Source: Saccostrea echinata
Taxonomy: Eukaryota
Length of the DNA: 64,000 nt
Assembly (NCBI RefSeq): GCF_033153115.1
Contig: NW_026889751.1
Span: 23,746,001 to 23,810,000, forward strand
Reading direction: 5' to 3'
The position numbers and the translations under genes were made by a program. A model generated the notes under the pieces. It saw only the letters and a program-made list of their open reading frames with translations. It had not been told where the DNA came from and ran no database searches. Shown in pieces: positions 28,027 to 38,755 of the stretch; position 1 is the first letter of the stretch; each line of letters starts with the position of its first letter.

Positions 28027-28267
28027 TTGGAGAGAGAGATAAATACCTGTCATACATTCCCTCCGATACCAGACCTGTGATTTCTGCCCTGGCCTTCTGT
28101 AAAGGAATTCCCTGGCACGACTTCACGGGGAATATATTTAACTCTGAAACTTTCCCCACTTTCACAAAGCTCTCCCTCCTGATACGACTGGTCCATACAG
28201 AGGCTAGCCATCGCGCGAGGGAGACCGCCGAGAGGCCCAAAAGCACGTGTGCTCCTTCGTCGGACAT
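19379..28267 (-). CDS. MTARC: Mitochondrial amidoxime-reducing component (mARC, MOSC-domain molybdoenzyme), 7 exons, 324 aa
   Basis: GT-AG exons 28047-28267, 22428-22604, 22049-22226, 20910-21050, 20464-20534, 19991-20065, 19379-19490 total 975 nt, open throughout. Motifs: N-terminal hydrophobic anchor, IFPVKSC, YDRQWM, DCGDEAARWF, FRPNIVVSGCEAFAED, Moco-binding PCTRCVLTTVNPDTG, C-terminal PIFG..GSIQVGD. Confidence 0.95.
19849..19972. repeat. ~52-bp tandem repeat (about 2.5 copies) in mARC intron 6
   Basis: atgaatattca.. recurs at ~19852, 19904 and 19957. Confidence 0.7.
22692..23660 (+). mobile_element. Degraded HINE/satellite-bearing repeat
   Basis: gtctgtctgtccgtc microsatellite then recurring gtgaccttga/ttgacct modules; a similar tract lies at ~26015-26640. 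Confidence 0.45.
24700..24958 (-). mobile_element. tRNA-derived SINE (head type A)
   Basis: Same family as 13170-13485; TSD aagttgattgYgt. Confidence 0.9.
25490..25745. repeat. 60-bp dimeric minisatellite (two ~30-bp subunits) in mARC intron 1
   Basis: gactctaccgagaaa..gactataccagtggagaaag recurs every 60 bp, with diverged copies extending upstream. Confidence 0.8.
27980..28023. repeat. (GA)n microsatellite just inside mARC intron 1
   Basis: Direct read. Confidence 0.95.
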
Positions 28268-29670
28268 TGTCGGTGATATCTGGACTAACCAACTATGCTT
28301 ATCTATGTCTGTTTACAAACACGGCATGGTCATTTAGAATTTGGGTCAGCAACTGGAGACAACTCTTCTGTTTGCATTTTGACGTATATAAGATTCCAAA
28401 ATTAATAAAGGGGAATCATATTTATTACAAATACAGTCAAAATAGTGAAATTTTTATTCAAAAAAATTCTTTTGAGGAGTTGCATGATCACAAGTTCCCA
28501 TTTGTACTGGAAGTTAATTAATACTTTCTAATTTTTAATATATTCGATCAGTGCATATTATCTATTCAAGATATATTACTAAAGTCAGGTACTCTTCACA
28601 CAATTGCTCCGAAGAAAATAGTTCCATTCATGATCAGTAGATAAAACATTACAACAAATATTAAGAATAATCATGTATATTTAATACGTTAAAGAAAACA
28701 AAATTAACGTTAAAAGATTTTAAGAAAATCACTTTTTCCCCAGAAAAGCAAATAAAAAGTTTTCATATTCCTACGCTCGCTGCCTCCTCAGTCTTTTTCA
28801 CGAAAATATATAGGTCACACTTCGATTGATAATGATAAATCTTTTCACCAGTTATATTACTGTCATGATTATTGTTCGTTAATTGCCGTATATTTTCTTT
28901 TGAGTTAGAATGTTAATCATTAACTGTGTGTGTGTTTTTTCTCTCTTTTTTTAAATAACGGAATGGTTATTATGGCTAAACACTTCTCGGCAAAGCAACG
29001 TGATTTTCCGAGCTCAGAAAGATCTTCGCACGTGTGTAGACCTAGGCTATTTTGTCTTGCAAGAACAGGTGTGTGCACCGTTCCCTAGTGACGCTTAGAT
29101 CAGTAGACTGGGTATCAGTACTTGCTACGGACATAAAGAAGTTTAGAACTATACACCAGTTTCATAACAAGTGCAGGTTTTTTACTCAAGGTGAAGCCCT
29201 AGACTGGGCTAGAGGGGCTGAGTTATGGTCATCGATCTACACGAAAATGTACTATTTTTGTAAATAAAAAACATTTCTAGAAACAAAAATGAAGTTTATC
29301 TTCAAAACGTCTGTATATTCAAAATCAGTATATGGTGGAGGAATATTCAGTGATGCTCCATAGCCGCAACCGATCTCGCGCTTTCCTTTGCGTTTAACAA
29401 CGGCCGTCAATGCATCACTGGACGAGTTCATTGATTACTCTAAAAGGTGACAGGTTGGACCATCTTTAACATCTGCCTTTACTTTGAGTGATAGTACTTT
29501 TTAATAGCACAAAATTAAAAAATAAATTAAAATCTATCCTTGATAGATCTAAAGTTTTGCTATTTGTGAAAATGGGCTATCTTTGATAATCCATAACAGC
29601 TTGAACTTGATTTGATTTTTTTTTTACAGAAGATTCTATCATTGGAAAGTTAGATGGTACACATGTAGCA

Positions 29671-29743
29671 CAGGCCCATAGTACGGGATTTTTTGGGAGC
29701 CCCCCCCCCCCCCTTTCACTTTGAAAACGTTGCTATAGGCCTG
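29671..29743. mobile_element. Tiny MITE remnant
   Basis: caggcccatag ... ctataggcctg termini around a poly-C tract; same terminus type as 32073-32296. Confidence 0.45.
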
Positions 29744-31383
29744 TAACATGCTATTTGGATTAAATATTCCTGAAAATGAGTGAGGTGTTAAATACATTTT
29801 TAATATTATACGATTAATTATATTTAGTTTATGTTCAATGTGAAATTAAAACTATTTTTATGCATGTGCAACTTTGTGATAATGTCACTACATGCATGTA
29901 ACGTTATATATGTACATGCAGTTTGTTTCCTACTATATGCATATTTTATTCAACAAAAGATGTTGAAACTCAGTAGCCTAAATATTATGTCATTTTAGGA
30001 TATTTATGTATATGGCACTTTTATAGTTGACTTTCTACAGCTTGAGTATCTCTGACGTTTTGTCAGTAAATACTTGTTTTTCTTTTTTTATTAGAAATCA
30101 TCTGAACACAATGAAAATTCGAATAAATTAAAAGTCGAATATCTTGGATATGGGGTAACCCATATCTATTCTTGTCTAATGGGGAAAGTGAAATGGGAAC
30201 ACACAATGTTCAGGGTTACGTAAGCTGCTGTTCTTTTTTTCTTTTTTTGCGTATTTATAAAATTCTACATCATGAAAAATTCAGCAGTAATGTTCCAGAT
30301 TTTTATGCACTATTTTTGTCTGTATGTTGAATATATTCTCTCGTGGGTTCGTTATCGACAAGATATATTTATAGTAAAGTGAGAACAAAAGCATGCATAA
30401 TAGATTAACTTATTTATATTTCTAATGGGCTAGATGCATTTGATTCATTTCTCCGACTAACAAATTAGATAAAGAATTACATAATGCATCAAAAGTCGCA
30501 ATTGAATAGCCTGATGCGAGATCGGTCAGCAACCTAATAATGAATGGCATTTGTTTTTAATAAGCAGAGAAAAATAATTAAATAATTGTTTTCCTTGCCT
30601 ATATTTGAATTGCAGAGTGTTAATTGATGTTTTTCATCAAACGACTAAGCTTAAGCTAGTATGCGAAACAAATTTTCGTGTTTGACCATTGAGTGAAAAT
30701 TTTTATTACGTGCAGTTGAGCTTAGTGAAGGGTAATACTGGGATCAATTTGAGTAACAGTACTTATAGAGCTGATTTCTCATCAAACAACAGATGCTGGG
30801 TCTGGTACTACAATTTCTTATAGTGACAGCTGGAAGCGAGAACTTCCTAATGTTAAAGTGTGAGCATCGCAAGATTTTGACCTTGCTTTTGGATTGAGTC
30901 TAATTTTGTCAAATATCTGGATTTTTAAATTTTTTTACTCATGATTAATCTTAACAAGTGAAATTTCAAGCTGTTGTCAAGATGTTCTCCAATTTTCACG
31001 AATTTTGCTCAATCTGATACTTTGAAAATAGGCCGTTGTGTGGTCAAGGTATATTATTTTAGAGGAAATCTGCAGTAATTTTCCATACGCCTTTAATGAA
31101 TATCAAATGATTGGGGGAAAAAAGTTTAAAACGATTAAAAAAAAGTGCATATGTAATATATTTTTTTGCCTGCAAACAAAATCACTCTTGGAAACTAGAC
31201 TAAAATTAATTAACGCAAATTTAGATTTTTATTGCGGGTTGCAGAACAGTTATAATATTTTCCTGTATATGCACAACTTTGGGAAAGCGGTATTAATTCA
31301 AAACAAAACTGGAGTCGGGTGGGGGTGGGGGTTCCTTCTTGATCTTGTAACATTGTAACTATAGTTGATCACAGTCAATGATA

Positions 31384-32373
31384 TACTGACACGCAAAAGA
31401 AACGCAACAAGCAGTAAGCTACAAATATCTGAATTTTTTATCTAATAATTTTCAAAAAAATGATTACAGTAAGGTAAAACGTAAATTTAGAAAATCAGAG
31501 ATTTAATTTAAACGTTGAATGTTATTTTAAAACCTCGGAAAGTAACATATAACTGTTACCCCGCCCCCCTCCAACCATTCAATTACAGCGTGCAAGTCTG
31601 CCAACCACAACAATTGCAGCTCGATTTGTACGATGCATTACATGTAGGTTCATCTGTCTCTTGATCTGAGCGAAAGAAATATTCTTTGGCATTTTAAATG
31701 CCTGTTTTTCAGATGCTGAGGTAGAATTTTCTCTAACCTGGCGCAGTGTAGTAACCCTTGGAATTCCGGTCCAGGAACTGTCATTCATGCTTGTGATACG
31801 TATGAGCTTACATGTAATGAGTTGTGATGTAGTGCATATTTGCATCTACAACTCTCCTTTACCTTTATTTTGAGAATTTCCAGCAAGAGCAATGGAAATG
31901 CGTGCTTTCAGTCATTTTGAGGAAATCTTGGCATTACTTAGTGCAATACTTATGATTAACAGATACAAACCCTTGAAAACCCAAATTATTGTCAAATGTT
32001 TTGTTAAACATGCGATTTTTGATTTCCGTTGAATTACCGATTTGGCAAAGTTAAAGATGTCCTTACTTTTCACATGGCCGTAGGAACCGGGGATGGGCAC
32101 GGGACTGCCGTCCCCCCCCCCCCCCCCAATTTTGCCGGTATATTGATTATTATAGTAAACATAGATACTATAAAAACGTCTGATGACCTTTTCTTTTTTT
32201 TCTGTCAGGAAATTTTTTTTTGGTAGTGCCCCCTCAGCTGTCAACTGAAAATGTATGGCTGTGCCCCCCAAACTGAATTTGCTTCCTACGGGCCTGTTTT
32301 AAGTACAAAGTTAAACCCTGTATAAATTCTTTCTCCCTAAAATAGGATGTTGCGTGTCTTTTGCGTTTAAGTA
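31384..32373 (-). mobile_element. Tc1-like element, internally deleted
   Basis: Imperfect TIRs tactgacacgcaaaagaaacgcaaca / tgttgcgtgtcttttgcgtttaagta with TA flanks; minus-strand remnant WTGIPRVTTLRQVR resembles the Tc1 GRPRxTTxRxDR linker. Confidence 0.75.
32073..32296. mobile_element. MITE nested in the Tc1-like element
   Basis: TIRs catggccgtaggaacc / gcttcctacgggcctg; no clear TSD. Confidence 0.6.
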
Positions 32374-32809
32374 TAATATTGTAAGCCGAGCATTTTGTGA
32401 AACTATGGATATTCCAAGCTGCTTTTTTATGAATTGGCTATTATTATTATTATTATTGGGTTTTAATAGTCACAAATAAAGATGCATTGGTACATGTACA
32501 TTTTCACCTGTTAAAAGAGAGGGATGGGGGATTCTATTTTCATTGTAGAGTAGTAAGTCCTGCTTAGCGGTCATTACTGAGATTAACTCGCATAGTTACA
32601 TTAAGAACAATTTAACTTTTTTGGCACGCATGGTCACCGATTTCAATGAAACTTCGACTCTGCTCATTATCATAGTTTGACACAAGAAACATAAATCAGT
32701 CAAAATGTGGATGCTATGAGTCTTGGTTGCAATGGAATTTTTTTTCAAAAATTGAGATTTCGATCTTCTTTCAATAAAAATGGAACTCGTAAATTCACAT
32801 ACCTTGTCA

Positions 32810-33520
32810 TTGGTCATCTGCAAAATTATTTTGATGACAACATTCTGATTCTACCACAAGTATTCCAAAGTTGATATTAAAGAAGATGCATGACTTTCTG
32901 ATTAACAATTTCTATGTAGTTTTTGAAGACCTGGTCTTCCAACAATCTGTTGGAATTCTCATGGCTACTAATTGTGCTCCTGTTAGCAGATCTTTTATAA
33001 AGATAGGACTTTCCTGTAAATTACACAGTTTAAATCAATCACGTTTAAGAGATATTAGAAATTTAAAACAATAACCGATTTATTTACCGACTCCGTCTTT
33101 AAACACAGACACGTCTCCCAGTTGATTCGATACGCAAAAACATGTTCCACATACGAACAATTTCCAAAACGAGGCAAGCTATTGACAAGTAAGTTGATGA
33201 TACAAGGATATCAACAGTCTCATTTAGGGTCAACATTTCGCAAATTCTTTAGTCGATACAATGACCTTGTTAGCAGATAAGTTGAATGTTGACAGAAGTT
33301 GTCAGACCATTATTTTCACTGAATTGTCTACGGATTTTACCGTTTATCTGGTCAGGACAAGGAGCACACAGCGGGTGTGACCGGTCGACAGGGGAAGTTT
33401 ACTCCTCTATGGCACCTGATCCCACCTCTGGTGTTTTTAGAGGTCCTTGGTTGCTCTGTTCCCAATTTGTATTGGTCCAGTGGACCTTTGAGCTTGATTA
33501 CTATTCGTTATCTTTATATT
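32810..33520 (+). mobile_element. Penelope-like retroelement RT remnant with 3' end
   Basis: Decayed RT motif FQQSVGILMATNCAP (QxxGxPMG type) at ~32935-32980, then VSQLIRYAKTCSTYEQF..RGKLLTSKLMIQGYQQ..FRKFFSRYNDLV at ~33113-33270; the 3' end recurs three more times in the window. Confidence 0.8.
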
Positions 33521-33819
33521 TCATTTCAATCATCATTAAGCCTTAACAAGGACTAAGAAAAAGAAATTAACTCCTAACACAAAAACTTTACACCTACATG
33601 TAGTTGCCACTTGTGATGTGAAGTTTTTTTTTATTTTTGGAATATATTTCTAAATATGTGGTAACCATGGCTACATTTGGCATACACTTTATATGCTGAA
33701 AAACGTTCACTATTTACATGTACATGTTCTAATGACTAAACTCCATATTAAAACACGACGCTTTTCACGTGACATTGCCGGTAGTCACTTTGACTTCAAC
33801 ACCTGCTCAACTTTAAATG

Positions 33820-35450
33820 TTTCTAAAGTCTTGTATAGTATACAAGCTTGCTATTCATTATCGGTGACTAATTTGCGTAATATAAAACAGAAGGCCAAGA
33901 GGTCCTTCAAAGGGACATAATTTGAGTTAGGGAACTTTATAACAAAAGTTAAATTTTGCAAATTTCAAAAAAGTAGCACCATGTACAAATAAAAATTGTA
34001 TAACAAGGAAACGATTTCCATATTAACTTAAAAATATGGTTAACAAATGATAATTTTTATAATTCAGTGTTCTGAAAGACAAATTGGATGCATGAAATGG
34101 CTTATATATTATATTGTCTAAAATGACTGTTTTCTATATATAGTCCCTGCCCCCCTTGGGCTTAGGGGGTAGGGCTAAAACCATGAAAATAAATGTAATA
34201 TTTAAAAATCTTCTGCTTTATACTCTATCAAGCAGTCAAACTGTTGCAATGAATAATATTGTCGAAAGACTTTTTTTATGAAGTTACATGGTGCTGATTT
34301 CTTCATCAAACTATGTTTGTGTATGCAAAACATCGAAAATAATGAGTTCTCGAGTTTGACTGATCAATAAAGATTTTGTGACCTAGTTGATGCAGTTGAG
34401 CAGAGTGATGAATTACGGGGAACCATACTTAGAGCTGATTTCTCATCACACGACACTGAGATGCTGGCCACTGATTTTTTGGGAATGACAACTGGAAGCA
34501 ATGCAAAGAAACTTCCTAATATTAATATTATTAAACACACTAGATGAATGAGAATTTTGTAACTGGTTGGTCAGAGTTAATGATTTCAACCCAATTTGGT
34601 CTGAAAGAACGGACATAGTGCTGATTTTTCATCTAATGACCTCAATTCTGGGTTTTTAATATTTCTGAAAGAAGTAGTTGTACATATGGATAGAACAAAC
34701 GCGCCGATCTTCGTTGAAGATTGCTTGACGTCCTAAGCAGTGCTTGTTTAGTGAGATACACTCACATAAACACATGACTTTATAGGAGCACTGATAAGTT
34801 TTGAAAGTCTTTAAACTCTTATATAGTATAGAAGCTTGCTGCTCTCTAACGGTGACTGAACATTTGCATAATATATAGCAGAAAACCAAGATCGTTCTTC
34901 AAAGGGACATAGTTTGAGTTACCGAACTTGATAAAAGAAGTAATTTTATGCAAATTTCAAAAAAAAAAAAAAAAATACAACCAATGACAATCAAAAACTG
35001 TATAAATGAGATGTTTTGGAGTGTGAAAGATGCGAATTTCTTTTATAAATGATACTGCGGGGAGATGCTAAATACTGCCCAAGAATGCACATTTTGCTGA
35101 GTGAATTAATTCGTTTAACACAATTTTAATTTAAAATATCGTTGAAAATGCAGTTCTTTTTTCCAAATTCAGTATTATTCAGAAAGTTTTTAAAAAAACG
35201 GACTGGAAGGAACATTTTTGTCTATAATTTCTAAAAGGACTGAATGCGAATTTACAATCAATATAACAATGTCAGAGGACTTGACGATTTACATGTAGTT
35301 ACATTGTGTTGATTTTTTTTTTCAGTTTGGGTATGCAAAACATAAAAAAGAAATGGATTCTTGTGTTTGACAAGTGAGTGAAAATTTTGTCACCATTCAA
35401 TTTAGATTGCCGATTTTTCTTCATATGTCTATAATCCTGGGTTTGCAAAG
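33820..35450. repeat. Old ~1-kb direct duplication
   Basis: 33820-34010 aligns with 34810-35005; 34280-34520 aligns with 30610-30860 and partly 35300-35395. Confidence 0.7.
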
Positions 35451-35521
35451 GACACTTCGACAGAGTCGAATAACTGAAAAACTAGAGAGAAAAAAAAATC
35501 AAGGCTTTTTAAAGTGTAGAT

Positions 35522-36211
35522 TTTTATACCCGCACTTTCTAAAGAAACTTCGGGTATATTGTTGTTATCCTGCTCTGGTTCCCAGAACTCCTCTTACATT
35601 TTACGCAGGAGCCAAATCATCTTTTGCAAGATTATAGGTGGTGTCCTGTAGATGTGCAATAAGGTTTCGGATTTTTTTTTCACCCTTGGGACAAAAAGGG
35701 GTAGAAAAACAACGTTTTTCATTTTACAAAAGTCTGGTTCCCAGAACTCCTCATACATTCCACACAATAGCATAGCCTCTCATCTTTTTTTCAAGATGAT
35801 TTTGGGTCTCTGTAGATATGTGCATTGAGGTTTCGGAATTTTCATTTTTACTCTAGGGACCAAGTGGGGACGAAAAATAATGTTTTCAAGTTCCACATTG
35901 GGCCGATTTTCTTCTTATTTTTTCTTTACAGAAAAACATTTTTCTGAAACTCATTCTTTTCAAATCAGAATTTACTTCATTACAATCTTTAATTTCAAAC
36001 CGGTAATGAATTTATTATTCGAAATACTAACATAGATGGTCCATGGTCATATGCTCACCTGTGCATTTTATGCTCAATTTGATAGATGTTTACATATTTT
36101 ATGTATTATTGAAGATGCAAATTTGGGGATGGACGTAAATTATAGAATAACTTTTGTGGCAGGTACAGGAGAGCTAGAGCGGGTATAACTGTCTTATGAC
36201 AGCTTCTAGTT
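35522..36211 (+). mobile_element. Helentron-associated element (DINE-1/HINE-like)
   Basis: SubTIRs tatacccgc / gcgggtata, 3' hairpin ctgtc-ttat-gacag, ctagtt end, two internal ~160-bp units. Confidence 0.75.
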
Positions 36212-36220
36212 AGCTCACCA

Positions 36221-36253
<33 letters not shown>

Positions 36254-36299
36254 ATTTTGTCTGGCGTCCGTCTGTCTGTCCGTCTGTAAACTTTTCGCA

Positions 36300-36334
<35 letters not shown>

Positions 36335-36350
36335 TGACCAAACTTGCCAT

Positions 36351-36399
<49 letters not shown>

Positions 36400-38717
36400 T
36401 GCCCCATTCCAAGGGGAGATACTAAGTAATTAAGAATTAGTGAAAATTTGGTGTCATCTTTCAAAAATCTTCTTCTCAAGAACCATTAAGCCAGAAAAGT
36501 TGAAACTTATGTGAAACCTTAATGACATAGTGTAGATTCAATTTTGTTCAAATCATGACCCCCGAGGGTAGGGTGGGGCCACAATAGGGGATCAAAATTT
36601 TACATAGGAATACATAGGATTTTTTTTTTTTTAAAAAAAAAATATTCTTCTCAAGAACAACAAAGCTGTGATCAGTCATATTGATATGGAAGCATCATCA
36701 GGTAGTGTAGATTCAAAATTGCTCAAATCATGACCCCTGAAGGTAGGGTGGGGCCACAATGGGGGATCAAAGTTTTATATAGGAATATATAGGAAAAACT
36801 TTAAAAATCTTCTTCTCAAGACCAGCAAAGCCATTATAAGTCATTTTGATATGGAAGCATACGCAGGTAGTGTAGATTTAAGTTTATTCACATCATGACC
36901 CCCGGGGGTAGGATGGGGCCACAATGGGGATTCAAAGTTTTACATAGGAGTGTATACATGTAGGAAAAAAATTTAAAAATATTATTCTCAGGAACAGCAA
37001 AGCCAAGTTTAGTCTAATTGATATGGTCGCATACTCAGATACGAGGGGTGATCAAAAAGTTCGCGAACTAATTCAATTACTTCTTTAAAAGAAATAAAAT
37101 GAAGTTTCAGTGTTTATTATTTTTTAAAGTAGTCCTCTCCGATTTTAATGCACATCTGCCATTGTTCTGCCCATGCGTGAATCACGTGATCCAGGCAGTC
37201 ACGTGACATGCTCCGAAGCAATCTGTTCAAAGAAGCTAAAAGATTTTTCATAGTCTTATATTTCTTACCATGCAAGTTATTTTTTTTTAACAAAAACAGT
37301 CCATCTGTCAGAAATGGCCAAATCTCGGCAATAGGATGGGTGGATAAGGATATCCCTTCCCACAATTAGTATGGTGACCCATCACAACCCGAGTCCTCTC
37401 TCTCGGGAGAGTCGTTTTTCCAATGTGGATAAAGTACATGTATGGGCGCCTTCTTTTTATCATATCTCATACGTTTAAAGTCTAAAGTAAACGATATCTT
37501 AGCGATTTAATAATTATATTATTGTTAAGATATACAACCATTTTTCTAATTGTTACTTGACGATGTTTCATAACAAATTGCTCAACTAAGGACACATCTT
37601 TTCCCCGGCTTGCTTTCGCTGGACAACAGAACAAACATCATTTTTAACCGTCTCCCTGTCTTTACTTAAACAATCAATCCAATTAATGATTGAACTTCTG
37701 GTAAGTCTTTTGTCTTCATAAACCTTGTACAAATTATCATATTCTACTGCAAAGGAATTTCCAAGATATATGTTAAACTTTACAGCCGTTCGTTGCTCGA
37801 GTACGACTGAGTCAACCATTTTTTGTCACAAGTGACCTACATATTGACGTCATTTTCACATTGTGACGTCACAAACACGGAGCAAAACATTATTTAACAT
37901 ATGTTATTAATTTTATAGACCATGTGTATGACTATAAGTGTGCCAAATTTCATTCTGATCTGAATTGTGGTTTTGTAAATATAGAGATAGTTCGCGAACT
38001 TTTTGATCACCCCTCGTAGTGTAGATTCAAGTTCGTTCAAATGATGATCCCTGCGGGTAGGGTGGGGCCACAATGGAGGATCAAAGTTTTATAAAAGAAT
38101 ATATGAAAAAATCTTTTTCTCAAGAACAGCAAAGCCATGTTTAGTCATATTGATATACATGTAGGAGCATACTCAGGTAGTGTAGGTTCAAGTTTGTTCA
38201 AATCATGACCCCCAGGGTGGGACCACAATGGGGGATCAAAGTTTTACGTAGGAATATACAGGAAAAAATCTTCTCAGGAACAGAAAAGCCATGTTTAGGC
38301 TTATTAATATGGAAGCATCCTCAGGTAGTGAAGATTCATTTTGTTCAAATGATGACCCCTGGGGGTAGGGTGGGGCCACAATGGGGGATCAAAGTTTTAC
38401 ATGGGAATATTAAGGCAAAAATTTTCTTCTCAAGAACAGAAAAGCAATGTTTAATCTAGTTGATATGGAAGCATCCTCAGGCAGTGTATATTCAAGTTTG
38501 TACAAATGATGACCCCTGGAGATAGGGAGGGCGACAATGGGGGATCAAATTTTTACAAAGGAATATACAAGAAAAAAATCTTCTGCTCAAGAATAGCAAA
38601 GCCCTTTGTTATACTGATATGGAAGCATCCTCAGGTAGTTTAAAATTCAAGCCCCCCCCCCATTCCGTGTAAACTTTTCAATACTAAACTGATTTGTGCT
38701 TTTTCCTAGCCAATTTG

Positions 38718-38752
<35 letters not shown>
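36210..38752 (+). mobile_element. Helentron-associated element with central satellite-like array (~150-175-bp units)
   Basis: SubTIRs gctcacc / ggtgagc, 5' gtctgtctgtccgtct tract, 3' palindrome ggcccatgggcc, 7-8 units of ..tcaaatcatgacccc..ggtggggccacaatgggggatcaaagtttt.. Confidence 0.85.
37042..38016 (-). mobile_element. mariner element, internally deleted, inserted in the satellite array
   Basis: Perfect 29-bp TIR cgaggggtgatcaaaaagttcgcgaacta with TA TSD; transposase remnants EQRTAVKF..YKVYED..LTRSSIINW (HTH, 37586-37819) and C-terminal ..W..QWQMCIKIGEDYFKK (37117-37365). Confidence 0.92.

Positions 38753-38755
<3 letters not shown>

Noticed and set aside
27948-28337. 129-aa plus-strand ORF with RE repeat
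   Set aside because: Antisense shadow of mARC exon 1 plus the (GA)n microsatellite.
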